The position numbers and the translations under genes are program-made. The notes beneath the pieces were generated by a model. That model worked only from the letters and a program-made list of their open reading frames with translations, was not told where the DNA came from and searched no databases. A stretch of DNA of 63,748 nt, the filler included, from a bacterium (GTDB taxonomy: Bacteria > JAJRZV01): the NCBI GenBank assembly GCA_024275095.1. It is 6 parts of 6 records of this genome, joined end to end, with 100 filler letters (N's around TTAATTAATTAA, not from the genome) between each part and the next. Parts side by side here need not be neighbours in the genome. Positions count along the whole stretch, not along the records: positions 1 to 17,197 come from JAJRZV010000060.1; positions 17,298 to 23,988 come from JAJRZV010000061.1; 4 more parts are not named here. The stretch is one strand, 5' to 3'. Positions within the stretch are counted from its first letter, which is position 1. Every line of letters starts with the position of its first letter. Below, piece by piece: positions 9,652 to 19,305 of the stretch.

Positions 9652-10040
9652 TTGTGCTTCTCCTGCGGCGCTCCATCCTCAGATAGTAATCAAAATATTC
9701 GTGCTTGCTACGCTGCTCGAAATTCGTTCAGTACTGTGGCATCCCGGTAAAAAATAAGCCGGCCCGTTTTTAATACGTTGAACTTCATTACCGGGTCCGC
9801 CTCGTTCAGCCAGACACGGTGAAAGCGGTCGGATTTCAAAAGAAGCGAGAGATCAGCTTCAAGAGCAAGATACTCATGGTAAGACAGCTCTTTTGTCAGC
9901 ACAGCCATATCAAGGTCTGAACGTTCCGGCTGAAAATTTTCACTTCTCACAGAGCCGAACAGGCACACAACTTCGACTTCTGCTCGAAAAGAAAAAATTC
10001 TACAAGTTTTTCCAGCTCGTGAGCAGTTCGATTCAGGGGT
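9641..10040 (-). pseudogene. Minimal nucleotidyltransferase (MntA-like antitoxin) pseudogene
   Basis: VCLFGSVRSENFQPERSDLDMAV motif. A shifted frame continues FEQRSKHEYFDY. Frameshifts near 9990 and 9720; the 5' end is approximate. Confidence 0.8.
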
Positions 10041-10091
10041 TTTGTCCCTTTCCGGCGTTCACTTACGCCCGTTTTTGCTCTGCCTGCATGT

Positions 10092-10358
10092 TCAGTAATC
10101 TTTTACAGCATCTGCGTATAGCTTCTTGAAGGTTTGCTCTTTTTGGTGAACATCCGCGTGTCCCTGTTGTTTGAGTTTTTCTTCGACCTGGAGCACTGCT
10201 TCTGCATGACGCTTCAAGCCCTCAGCAATTACTCCTGCAACAATTCGCTGGGCGCGGCTGCGGTCTTTCACACGAATGCAGCCTGAAGAAATCAACCTCT
10301 CCATGATAAGACGCGCCAGTGTTTGAGCTTTTTCATGAGAGTGAAAACGTACTTTCAC
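10092..10358 (-). CDS. Small hypothetical protein, DUF507-like
   Basis: 88-aa helical ORF with a GTGA overlap to a similarly sized upstream gene. Confidence 0.5.
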   Translation of the reverse strand: MKVRFHSHEKAQTLARLIMERLISSGCIRVKDRSRAQRIVAGVIAEGLKRHAEAVLQVEEKLKQQGHADVHQKEQTFKKLYADAVKDY

Positions 10359-10639
10359 AGCGGCAACCTCTCCTTTTCTGCGAGCTGTTTCATTACCAGA
10401 AGCACTGCCTGCCGGTAGTCTGCATCCGGCACCTGGCTGATGCGTTCTTCCACCAGTCGAGTTGCGCGCCTTTCCAGCTCGACTACGCGATTTTCGTACT
10501 CCGATATGATCCGGGAGATTATATCCATTGCTTTTTCCTCGTCTGTCATGAACTCGACTTCACCAGACTCTTCGAGTGCACTTTTTACCTTTGTGGCAAT
10601 GCGTTTAATCATGGATGAGGGTACAGGCCGATACACCAT
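10355..10639 (-). CDS. DUF507 family protein
   Basis: Helical, ends DYRQAVLLVMKQLAEKERLPL, as in DUF507 C-termini. Confidence 0.65.
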   Translation of the reverse strand: MVYRPVPSSMIKRIATKVKSALEESGEVEFMTDEEKAMDIISRIISEYENRVVELERRATRLVEERISQVPDADYRQAVLLVMKQLAEKERLPL

Positions 10640-10752
10640 GTTCTTAATGTTACACAGCCGGCATGTTTTTTTCACGGAGATAATGATGCTTTGAGTCTGG
10701 AGGTGTAGAGATGTGTAAAAATAAGATGAAAGTTTGGATCGGGGTTCGCTGA

Positions 10753-10781
10753 TTGACCACCCTTGCTACCCTCAATATAAT
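10753..10781 (+). promoter_or_regulatory. Sigma-70 promoter of radA (probably leaderless)
   Basis: TTGACC-N17-TATAAT with ATG 6 nt downstream and no Shine-Dalgarno. Confidence 0.7.
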
Positions 10782-10787
10782 GCGGGC

Positions 10788-12122
10788 ATGGCCGGCCGAA
10801 AATCCCGTTCCAGCTTTGTCTGTTCTTCCTGTGGTTACCGCACTCCTCGATGGATTGGTCAGTGTCCCGCATGTGGGGAGTGGGGTACATTTGTACAGGA
10901 GAGCGAGTCAAAAAAGGTCGAAACCAGGCTACCCCCTGTGAAGTCTGTGAAGGATGTGACCCTTTCTCCTCAGCAGCGGCTTATCACGGGCATTCCAGAG
11001 TTGGACCGGGTTCTCGGCGGAGGACTTGTGCCGGGAGCTGTGGTGCTGGTGGGTGGTGTTCCTGGAGCAGGAAAGTCTACACTTCTCATGCAGGCGGCTG
11101 ATGCCTTGGCGCGGTCCGGCCAGCAGGTTCTTTACGCAAGTGCAGAAGAGTCAGAAACACAGATACGCATGAGGGCCGAACGCATTGGTTCGCTTTCAGA
11201 CAATCTGCTCCTTTATTCAGGCAGTGTGCTGGACGAAGTAGAGGTTGCCTGTTTGCACCACAATGTGCAGGTGCTGGTGCTTGACTCCGTCCAGACTTTT
11301 CGCTGTGAAGATGTGCCCTCTTCTCCTGGTTCGCCGCTGCAGGTGAGAGAGGTTGCTGCACGGATGGTTCAGATGGCCAAAACGCGAAACATATCAATTT
11401 TCCTCATTGGCCACGTGACAAAGGAAGGGCATATTGCGGGACCGCGGATGCTGGAGCACATGGTTGATGCTGTGGTGTATTTTGACGCATCCGGGCCTGA
11501 AAATCTGCGTTTTCTCAGGGCTGTAAAAAACCGGTTTGGCCCTGTAAACGAAGTGGGTGCATTTCTCATGACTTCTTCAGGAATGAAGGAAGTTGCCGAC
11601 CCTGCATCAGCCTTTCTTACGGGTGAAGAAAAGGAAACAGGGCGTGCGCTCGCCTGCGCCAGAGAAGGTACTCGGGACTTTGTTCTGGAGGTTCATTCAC
11701 TTGTGAGACCAGTGGCATTCGGGTATGGACGGCGTGTGGTGACGGGACTGGAGACCGGACGTGCACTTCAAACCCTTGCAGTTGTTGAGAAGGCTCTCGG
11801 CCGGGATTTCAGACAGTACGATGTGTATATCAGTACTGTGCGTGGGTTGCGCATACGCGACACTGCCGCTGACCTCGCAGTGGCTGCAAGCGTGATATCC
11901 GCAGTGCGTGGCATCCCACTGCCTCATGGGAGTGTTTTCATGGGCGAGGTAACCCTTACCGGGCGTGTTCTTCCTGATTTTACCTTTGAGGAGCGATTGG
12001 ACAGTCTCGTGCGCCTGGGATACAGGGTGGTCTTTTCTCCTCCTTTAAGAGTCAAAACTGCCCGAGAGATCAGGTTTGTACCTGTAAAGAACGTGGAAGA
12101 ACTGGCAGAAAAGCTTCCATGA
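10788..12122 (+). CDS. radA: DNA repair protein RadA/Sms
   Basis: C4 zinc finger, GVPGAGKSTLL, KNRFG, Lon-like C-terminus. Confidence 0.95.
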   Translation: MAGRKSRSSFVCSSCGYRTPRWIGQCPACGEWGTFVQESESKKVETRLPPVKSVKDVTLSPQQRLITGIPELDRVLGGGLVPGAVVLVGGVPGAGKSTLLMQAADALARSGQQVLYASAEESETQIRMRAERIGSLSDNLLLYSGSVLDEVEVACLHHNVQVLVLDSVQTFRCEDVPSSPGSPLQVREVAARMVQMAKTRNISIFLIGHVTKEGHIAGPRMLEHMVDAVVYFDASGPENLRFLRAVKNRFGPVNEVGAFLMTSSGMKEVADPASAFLTGEEKETGRALACAREGTRDFVLEVHSLVRPVAFGYGRRVVTGLETGRALQTLAVVEKALGRDFRQYDVYISTVRGLRIRDTAADLAVAASVISAVRGIPLPHGSVFMGEVTLTGRVLPDFTFEERLDSLVRLGYRVVFSPPLRVKTAREIRFVPVKNVEELAEKLP

Positions 12123-13372
12123 TACATGCTTTCATTTTTGCAGGATTTTTGTCTGTACAACCGGAAAGTATGAATTTCGTGTTGACTGCGCGTACAGCCA
12201 GAAATTTCACTCCTGATAAGAAGGGAGCATCTGCGTATGAACGGTTTGTTTCCTACATGAGGTCCTTTCCAGCCCCTCGAGTTCTGCTTCACGGAGGTGA
12301 TTTTTTGCCTCGTCCGAAAAAAGCCGATTTGTTTAAATCCCGCCTTTTCGCCCGGTATGCTGCTGAAGCGATCTCGCGCGTGAAGTTCGATGCTGTCAAC
12401 GTGGGAAGTAATGAACTGAACTGGGACGTGAATTTTCTCCTTTCAGAAGCAGCCCGTCGTGGACTCAAACTGGTATCTGCCAGCATTGTTGACTCTACAG
12501 ACAGGTACGTGTTCGAGCCCTTTGTGTCTCTTCGCATAAAGAAACAAAAGATATTGATTACAGGAATGCTTGAGGCACCTTCCCCCCATCCGGGGTTGCA
12601 CATTCTCTCTCCTGCGGATGTCGTGCAGCGATTAAAAGACGTGGTGCAAAAAGAACGCCCTGACATAGTGGTTATTTTACTGGATGCAACGTCACGCTGG
12701 TATTCTACAATTGCTTCACAGTTTGAGGCTTCAACGATTGTGTTGATATTTCAATCACGCATTCCAGGGTACGTGTATGCTCCACAGCCTCTGGTGAAGA
12801 AGGTATACGTGGTAGATGTACCCGATGAGTGGAGATACGTCGCAACGGTGAAAATTTCACAGGATGAGAACATTCGAGGTAAAGTGGTGGACCTAATCAA
12901 CACACCTCCTTTGTTGGGTGAGGGTGCGTTTCTCTTACGGGCCCAGCTTGATACCATGCCATCAGTTCTCACACGTCCACCCCAGGGTTTCAAAGGCGCT
13001 GAAGCATGTCGTCCATGTCACGCTCAAGAGTGGAAGAGCTGGAGCAGGTCCTCTCACGCAGGTGCGTGGAATAGTGTAGTGAAGAAGGAGAGAAGAGATG
13101 ATCCTTCGTGTCCACGCTGTCATATTACCGGCTGGTACGGCAGTCGTGATGAAATTCCTTCAGATGCGTACGTGGAGAAACTGTCAGGCGTTCAGTGCGA
13201 AGCATGCCATGGGCCGGGAGAACTTCATGTCTCTGGCAAGGGTCCGGTACCATCGGGACCGGATAAAAAGATTTGCTCTGGGTGTCACACGGCCACCTAT
13301 TCCAGACAATTTGGCAAAGGAACATTTCCTTTTACCTGTACAGGAGTTAATGTTGGTCCCGGAAAGCAGTGA
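12119..13372 (+). CDS. Tetraheme cytochrome c (c554-like) with a degenerate 5'-nucleotidase-like N-terminal domain
   Basis: CRPCH, CPRCH, CEACHGPG, CSGCH; N-terminal HGGDF, DAVNVGSNE, LVSAS. Confidence 0.8.
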   Translation: MIHAFIFAGFLSVQPESMNFVLTARTARNFTPDKKGASAYERFVSYMRSFPAPRVLLHGGDFLPRPKKADLFKSRLFARYAAEAISRVKFDAVNVGSNELNWDVNFLLSEAARRGLKLVSASIVDSTDRYVFEPFVSLRIKKQKILITGMLEAPSPHPGLHILSPADVVQRLKDVVQKERPDIVVILLDATSRWYSTIASQFEASTIVLIFQSRIPGYVYAPQPLVKKVYVVDVPDEWRYVATVKISQDENIRGKVVDLINTPPLLGEGAFLLRAQLDTMPSVLTRPPQGFKGAEACRPCHAQEWKSWSRSSHAGAWNSVVKKERRDDPSCPRCHITGWYGSRDEIPSDAYVEKLSGVQCEACHGPGELHVSGKGPVPSGPDKKICSGCHTATYSRQFGKGTFPFTCTGVNVGPGKQ

Positions 13373-13378
13373 AGGTGA

Positions 13379-13891
13379 TCAATTCTCTTCCGCGTCTTCA
13401 GGTTTTACTACTTCGAAATATTTAAGGTGATGTTTTACCTGATGACGGAGGTCGTCGAGACTCGTGTAGTCCACGATATACGTACGGGTGAGTAAATTGT
13501 TGATTTCTTTCATGGGCGGGTGCTCTTCCTGCAGCAGCTCAAGCAACCGAGTAAGTGTTTCTTTTTTCTCCTGCACGTACCTGGAAATGGCGGATCGGCT
13601 TTCTGGATCCACGCTTGTAAATTCGATTCCCATGCCGGGGCCCTGATATATACCGTACGTGCCCTTTACAATGGTCCATACGACCTTTCCCTCTGCAATG
13701 GTATCTGCCGAATGGCCCGGCACACGAAAGTGGAGAACGAGGGAAGTACCTTTGTAAAACATGTGCTCGCCTTCGACATACATTCCTCCCTCTCCGATAA
13801 CCCGGCTTTTTCCTGTGTAGGCAGGTTCACGAATTCCATATTTTACAGGAATTTTGAGAGGGGCTCGTGGAAAACGACGGCGCACACTCAT
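13379..13891 (-). CDS. PilZ-domain protein
   Basis: RRRFPR, IGEGGMYV, GKVVW, PGMGIEF. Confidence 0.85.
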   Translation of the reverse strand: MSVRRRFPRAPLKIPVKYGIREPAYTGKSRVIGEGGMYVEGEHMFYKGTSLVLHFRVPGHSADTIAEGKVVWTIVKGTYGIYQGPGMGIEFTSVDPESRSAISRYVQEKKETLTRLLELLQEEHPPMKEINNLLTRTYIVDYTSLDDLRHQVKHHLKYFEVVKPEDAEEN

Positions 13892-13937
13892 ACTTTCAGT
13901 ATATGGCAGATACCGGGGAGCTTGCACGCAAAAAGTG

Positions 13938-15203
13938 TTATTTCAAGGAACTGGCGCCCAGGAGTCGTACTTCAAATCCTTCCGCCTCCCATAGAGCGGC
14001 ATCTATGACACGTCGCAGGTCAAGAATGCGGCGGGCCTTCATCAGGGGGGCGACCTCCCCGGGTTTGAGCAAACGGTATTCATTGTGATCTGCTGCCACA
14101 ACAAGTAGATGAGAGTGACGAATGGCTTTTTCCAGTTCATTTGTCACGCCTTCTGCCTTTACGTGAGGGTCGTGATATGAAACCTCGAACCCTTTTTCCT
14201 TCAGGCGTTTCCCCAAAGCGAATCCAGGCGAGTTGCGGGCGTCGTCCACATTACCTTTATATGCAACACCGAGGATGGTGGCTTTTTCTCCCGGAGAAAG
14301 CATGCTTGTGGCGAGCCCTGTGCTGTGAGCAAGCATGATTTCGTTGGTTTGCAGGGCATTGTGGGTAACCCTCGCATCTTTATACACATGCAGCAAAAAG
14401 TAAGGGTCCACTGGAAGACAGTGACCTCCCATCCCCGGGCCAGGATTGAGGATGTCAACTCTTGGGTGCCTGTTGGCCAGGGTTATCACTTCCCACACGT
14501 TGATGCCGAGATGTTCTGCAATCAGGGCGAACTCCATTGCGAGGGCAATATTGACCATACGGTACGTGTTTTCCGCCAGCTTTACCATTTCCGCGGTTTT
14601 GAGATCGGTAATGAAAATTTTACCCTCCACAAAAGACCTGTATATTTTTTCGGCCTGTCTCGCACATTCAGGTGTATAGCCTCCGATGACACGATCGTTT
14701 TCAATGAGCTCTTTGATGATGTGGCCGGGAATGACCCTTTCAGGGCAATGCGCCACGAATACGTCTTTACCGGGCTCGAGACCCTGTTCCTGTAAGAGAG
14801 GAAACAACACCTCCTCTGTGGCACCTGGATAGATAGTGGACTCCACCACTACAAGGTTGCCTTTTTCGAGCACACCGGCGACGGCTCTGGCCGCTTCCCG
14901 CAGATATGAAAGGTTGGGACTGCCGTCCGGGCTGACAGGGGTGGGTACACAGAGGATGTATGCATCTGCTTCCCGGGGAGGCGAAGTGGAAAATGAGAGT
15001 TTATCTGCTCCTATTGCACCCTCGAAAATGGTTCTCAATCCCGGCTCGTAAATGGGGAGTTCTCGCCGTTTGAGAACTTCTATTTTTTCCTCATCCACGT
15101 CACAGCCCACCACGTGGAACCCCGATGCGGCTAATATGCTTGCCGTGGGAAGACCAATATAACCCAAACCTACAACACAGATTCGTTCGCTTCTGTCAGA
15201 CAT
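13938..15203 (-). CDS. wecC: UDP-N-acetyl-D-mannosamine dehydrogenase (nucleotide-sugar dehydrogenase)
   Basis: GLGYIGLP, CVPTP, HCPERV.PG, GPGMGGHCLPVDP, AYKGNVDD.RNSP. Confidence 0.88.
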   Translation of the reverse strand: MSDRSERICVVGLGYIGLPTASILAASGFHVVGCDVDEEKIEVLKRRELPIYEPGLRTIFEGAIGADKLSFSTSPPREADAYILCVPTPVSPDGSPNLSYLREAARAVAGVLEKGNLVVVESTIYPGATEEVLFPLLQEQGLEPGKDVFVAHCPERVIPGHIIKELIENDRVIGGYTPECARQAEKIYRSFVEGKIFITDLKTAEMVKLAENTYRMVNIALAMEFALIAEHLGINVWEVITLANRHPRVDILNPGPGMGGHCLPVDPYFLLHVYKDARVTHNALQTNEIMLAHSTGLATSMLSPGEKATILGVAYKGNVDDARNSPGFALGKRLKEKGFEVSYHDPHVKAEGVTNELEKAIRHSHLLVVAADHNEYRLLKPGEVAPLMKARRILDLRRVIDAALWEAEGFEVRLLGASSLK

Positions 15204-15213
15204 GGTGAGCATT

Positions 15214-15984
15214 TTATACGAATTTTGCAGAAGAGGCATCAGGTTCAGGCATTAAAATGCTGATCAGAAGGGCAAGAGCAGCGTGTGCGAAAACAATAGT
15301 GTATCCTGTAGGAAGGTCGAGCACGTACGAAACTATTACAGCCAGTATGTTTACAACAATCCCGTAAGCCCATGCAAAGTAAAGTCTGAGGCGGGAAGAG
15401 TCCGTTACGAAATTTGCAACATAAGCTGGACCCACCAGAATAGCGAACACTGTGAGTACGCCAGCCATTTTTACTGAACTGGTTACAGTCACAGCAAAGG
15501 TGCTGAAGAAGATCAGGTCTTTCCAAAATTGCGAGTGCAGGGTGGTTGACGCAACAAGGATTATGCCGACACAGGTGTATAATATCCCGGTTCTGAAGAT
15601 GCCATCATAAGGTGTGAACAGAATATCTGCAGCCATTAATTTTTGGAAGACCTCTGTTCCGTGTACAGAGTGTGACAGCACCAGTACAGAACCGGAGAGG
15701 CCCATGGCATAGAGAAGTCCGATAAACGCCTCGGGATGTTTCAGTTTTTTGGAAGCCAGTGCTATCATTGAACCTCCCACCAATGCAAAGACGAGTGATA
15801 TCCCGTACAGTTCTCTTCCTCCTTTTTGAAGGAGCAGCGCGACCGCGGCTCCAAGGGCAGCCCACTGGCCGATGGCGAGGTCCGTAAAAATAATACCTCG
15901 TTCGATGATGCGTATGCCGTAGTATGCATGAATGCCGAGAAGTACCACCGAAAGAGCAAAAGCCGGCAGGATGATATCAATCAT
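15214..15984 (-). CDS. Metal (Zn/Mn) ABC transporter permease
   Basis: Multi-TM, RGIIFTDLAI, EAFIGLLYA; coupled to the binding-protein gene. Confidence 0.85.
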   Translation of the reverse strand: MIDIILPAFALSVVLLGIHAYYGIRIIERGIIFTDLAIGQWAALGAAVALLLQKGGRELYGISLVFALVGGSMIALASKKLKHPEAFIGLLYAMGLSGSVLVLSHSVHGTEVFQKLMAADILFTPYDGIFRTGILYTCVGIILVASTTLHSQFWKDLIFFSTFAVTVTSSVKMAGVLTVFAILVGPAYVANFVTDSSRLRLYFAWAYGIVVNILAVIVSYVLDLPTGYTIVFAHAALALLISILMPEPDASSAKFV

Positions 15985-16853
15985 TGTTGTCCTCCTGTGA
16001 GTTTCTCGACGATCGTTTGGAAAAGAGAATAGATGTCGTGCACTTCAGGCAAGGAACCCACGTCGTGTGGAAGTATCACAACGCGGGCTCCTGTATGTTC
16101 TGCTACATATCTGGCGGTTTTCTGTTCGTGGTAGACATCCTGCAAAATGAATCGGACTCCTTTTGCCCGGAATATCAACTCTTCCACATGCTTGGCTGTT
16201 GGTGGAATTCCCGGTTTGGGTTCCAGTGTGCCCACTTCCTCCATTTCATAAGCCTGAAGGAAATAATCGAAAAGTTTATGGTACTGAATTACTTTCGCTC
16301 CTCGCAGCGGTTTCATTTTCTGGTCCCATTCTGCAAGAAGCGACTCCCATTGTTCTTGAAAATTGTTGAGTCTGGTTCTGTAATTTGTGCAGCTGGAAGA
16401 GTCTAACTCACATAACTTGTCCGTTACGGCTGAGGCGATCCGCGGAATATTATGAGGATCGAGCCAGTAATGGGGATTTCCTTCAGGGTGTACGTCTCCC
16501 ATTTCTCTGGATACAGAAACAGGAACCTCTATCAGCTGTACGTATGTTGAAAGATCGAGAAACCCCCGTGCGCCTGGTTGGATTTCAGGATTACCTGAAC
16601 GTCGGATGATGGGAGGAACAAATCCTATTTCCAGAGAAGCACCGTTGATGATGAACAGCTGGGCACTGCGAGCCCTCGCAATGTAGGAGGGTCTGGGTAC
16701 CACGAAATGCGGGTCTTCTGTGCCTCGTGCCAGTACGGCTACTGAGGCGTGTTCTCCTGCAATGTGTTTTACAATATCTCCAATGTAGGGATAAGTGGCC
16801 ACAACGTTTAAACGAGATGTGAAAGCAAGTAGTACAGCAAACATTATTTTCAT
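15981..16853 (-). CDS. Metal ABC transporter substrate-binding protein (ZnuA/TroA family)
   Basis: EDPHF, GDVHPEGNPHYWLDP, YH..F.YF, EPKPGIPPT. Confidence 0.9.
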   Translation of the reverse strand: MKIMFAVLLAFTSRLNVVATYPYIGDIVKHIAGEHASVAVLARGTEDPHFVVPRPSYIARARSAQLFIINGASLEIGFVPPIIRRSGNPEIQPGARGFLDLSTYVQLIEVPVSVSREMGDVHPEGNPHYWLDPHNIPRIASAVTDKLCELDSSSCTNYRTRLNNFQEQWESLLAEWDQKMKPLRGAKVIQYHKLFDYFLQAYEMEEVGTLEPKPGIPPTAKHVEELIFRAKGVRFILQDVYHEQKTARYVAEHTGARVVILPHDVGSLPEVHDIYSLFQTIVEKLTGGQQ

Positions 16854-16865
16854 TGTTCAACCTCC

Positions 16866-17197
16866 TCAAAAAGGATGCGCTCCGTGAGCACCCACGGAAA
16901 TGTTTACCTCAAAAATTAGAGCGTGAACCGGAATTCTTTTCCCATCAGAGTTGAAGTGCATGTGACTGTATGCGTACTGAAGCCGGAATCTGGAAAACTC
17001 GGAAGGGTTGAACTCCAGCATGGCGGAACTTTCCAGCAGTGTTCCCGGCATGTGCGCATCTGTTCCATTTTCCTGTGTGTAAAAATTGAACAGCCCTTCG
17101 AGTCGCACACCTGTTCTCCAGCGCTTGGCCGGACGCCATACGACCTGAGAGTAAAAACCTCCCTGCAGACGGTCGAGAATATCCATTAAAGGCACCC
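16866..17197 (-). CDS. Outer-membrane receptor/porin associated with Zn uptake, C-terminal part (truncated by contig end)
   Basis: PSEFSRFRLQY and the terminal GAHGAHPF motif. Confidence 0.7.
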
Positions 17198-17297
17198 NNN
17201 NNNNNNNNNNNNNNNNNNNNNNNNNNNNNNNNNNNNNNNNNTTAATTAATTAANNNNNNNNNNNNNNNNNNNNNNNNNNNNNNNNNNNNNNNNNNNN
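17198..17297. other. Artificial contig linker
   Basis: 100 nt of N with a central TTAATTAATTAA (stops in all frames). Confidence 0.98.
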
Positions 17298-17298
17298 C

Positions 17299-17841
17299 AT
17301 CCTGGCCATTGCCGATGCACTCAAGTTCTCTCACAAACTTGAACTAACAACCGATGGCGGCGAAAAGGTTACTGTTGAACCCTACAGCATGATTTTTTAT
17401 GTGGAAGAGATTTATCTTCTGGCAAAAGAGGTCGAATCAGGACAGATAAAGCTCTTCAGCGCTGTTGATATCACTGCAGTCAAGGATTTGAAGGAGGAGT
17501 TTGATTACCCGGAAAATCTTGACGTAGAGCGGATGCTGTCGAATTCCTTTACTCTCGCTGTGGCTTGCGAAAAGCCTGAGGAGGTTGTGCTGAAGTTTTC
17601 TTCCGCTGTTGCAGACTTTATTGAAAAGCGGATGTGGCACCCATCTCAAAAAATGAAGCGTCACAGGAACGGCTCTCTCACCCTCCAGATGAATGTCAGC
17701 GTGGATTCCGATCTTGTCCGGTGGATCGCGGGCTTTGGCCCGGATGTGAAGGTGATGGAGCCTGAAAAATTGAAAAGAAAACTCTTCCGGTACCTTTCAA
17801 AGGCTGTTTCTGGATACTTGAAAAAAACCCTTAATCCGTGA
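17299..17841 (+). CDS. WYL/WCX-domain transcriptional regulator, C-terminal part (5' truncated)
   Basis: VEPYSMIF...IYLLA, WHPSQK, WIAGFGPDVKVMEP; the frame is open from the contig start. Confidence 0.85.
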   Translation: MLAIADALKFSHKLELTTDGGEKVTVEPYSMIFYVEEIYLLAKEVESGQIKLFSAVDITAVKDLKEEFDYPENLDVERMLSNSFTLAVACEKPEEVVLKFSSAVADFIEKRMWHPSQKMKRHRNGSLTLQMNVSVDSDLVRWIAGFGPDVKVMEPEKLKRKLFRYLSKAVSGYLKKTLNP

Positions 17842-18211
17842 AGTTTATACCTTTAAAAGGCACGGAGATGGAAGGGATGATTTGAAATGCCACGCAATAC
17901 AGATAAGAAATGCATTCTTGATTTTCTAGAATAACACACTACTGTCGGGATGAGACGAGACGTGGATGCAGCGACGAAGATGGCGGACAGTGGCTCAGTG
18001 TATTGGATCTGGCGGAGATGCTGGACAGCGTATCTGAGGCATACCGCTTGGATGAGGCCGCTCTACAGGCGCCCGGTTGCATTTCTACAACCACGAACGT
18101 CCGCCTCCCGGCTGTCAAACCAGGGACGTACACTCCCATATGAGACCATTTCAATGTTCACCAAACAGAATGCAGGCAAAGAAGGTTAAAAGTACACATC
18201 GTTTGTTTCTG

Positions 18212-18257
18212 TTGACAATAATTTAGGGTTTGCCTAAAATTTTAGGCAAACCTAAAT
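18212..18257 (+). promoter_or_regulatory. Sigma-70 promoter overlapped by a double DtxR/MntR-type operator
   Basis: TTGACA-N17-TAAAAT. ATTTAGGGTTTGCCTAAAA and TTTTAGGCAAACCTAAAT form an inverted pair, each a TTAGG-N4/5-CCTAA box. Confidence 0.85.
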
Positions 18258-18274
18258 ATTGGAGGAAAGAAAAA

Positions 18275-18802
18275 ATGATGGCGGAAGCACTCAGCGGTAG
18301 CCTGGAAGATTACCTGGAGGCGATATTTTTTATTGAACAGCAAAAACAGGCGGCACGAGCCAAGGACATCGCGCAGCGATTGCAGGTGAATCATTCATCG
18401 GTTACAGGCGCACTCAGGACTCTTTCTCAAAAAGGGCTTATCAACTACAGCCCCTATGACCTCATCACCCTTACAACAAAGGGCCGCAACGTGGCAAAAG
18501 ATATTGCCCGGCGCCACGAGGTGCTCCGGCACTTTCTTGAAGATGTGCTCGATGTTCCACCCGAACTCGCGGAGGAGACGGCATGCAAGATGGAACATGT
18601 TGTGCGGGGAGAGGTGCTGGAACGATTCGTGAAATTTATCGAATTTATAGAAGTCTCCTCCCGCGCCGGAGCCGGCTGGGTTCAGTGCTTCCATAAATAT
18701 TATTCCCGGGAATGGGATGAAGAAGAGTGCAAGAAATGCCTGGCCGGAGAAAAGGGGGTGAAAAAATCATGTCAGGAGGGGAGTACCGGTGATCACGGTT
18801 GA
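18275..18802 (+). CDS. DtxR/MntR family metal-dependent repressor
   Basis: LEDYLEAI, SSVT..L..L...GL, RRH..L..FL, ACKMEH; GGAGG upstream. Confidence 0.92.
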   Translation: MMAEALSGSLEDYLEAIFFIEQQKQAARAKDIAQRLQVNHSSVTGALRTLSQKGLINYSPYDLITLTTKGRNVAKDIARRHEVLRHFLEDVLDVPPELAEETACKMEHVVRGEVLERFVKFIEFIEVSSRAGAGWVQCFHKYYSREWDEEECKKCLAGEKGVKKSCQEGSTGDHG

Positions 18803-19043
18803 GCTGTCATCCTTAAAGCCCGGTCAAAAAGGACGTGTTGCCCGGGTTACAGGTGATGCGGCAGTGCGCAAGCGCCTGGTGGATATGGGTATCACGTCCG
18901 GAACAGAGGTAGAACTCCTTCGGGTTGCGCCACTTGGAGATCCCGTGGAGGTCAGGGTGAAAGGCTACTGCCTGTCCCTGCGTAAAGAGGAAGCGAAAAG
19001 TGTCAAGGTGGAAATCATATCGGAGGGGAACCGTGCCCGATGA
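18789..19043 (+). CDS. feoA: Ferrous iron transport protein A
   Basis: RLVDMGI, APLGDPVEV, LSLRKEEA. Confidence 0.93.
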   Translation: MITVELSSLKPGQKGRVARVTGDAAVRKRLVDMGITSGTEVELLRVAPLGDPVEVRVKGYCLSLRKEEAKSVKVEIISEGNRAR

Positions 19044-19278
19044 AAAGACCCAACCTGCACTGCGTTCTCTTCTTTCCGTGCCTGCCGGCCAGCAGGTGCG
19101 TGTTGTCCGAATTGACGGCGGTCGTGCAATGAGGTCGCGTCTTGCAGCCATGGGTCTTGTACGGGGTGCGGAGGTGGAGGTGGTGCGCAACAGCGGGCAC
19201 GGCCCTTTTATCGTTTCTGTGAAGGGTAGCCGTATCATCCTGGGAAAGGGCATGGCCTCCAGAGTGTATGTGGAGTGA
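19033..19278 (+). CDS. feoA: Ferrous iron transport protein A (second copy)
   Basis: RLAAMGL..G, GPFIV.V.GSR..LG.GMA; GTG start after GGAGG. Confidence 0.9.
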   Translation: MPDEKTQPALRSLLSVPAGQQVRVVRIDGGRAMRSRLAAMGLVRGAEVEVVRNSGHGPFIVSVKGSRIILGKGMASRVYVE

Positions 19279-19305
19279 GGGCTCCTTAAAAAATTTTTTA
19301 GAGTG

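Noticed and set aside
12119-12260. Selenocysteine motif in the UshA-like cytochrome N-terminus
   Set aside because: No in-frame TGA or Cys motif in this region.
17860-18200. Short ORFs between the WYL gene and dtxR (e.g. 17950-18189)
   Set aside because: No recognisable family or convincing start; probably gene debris.
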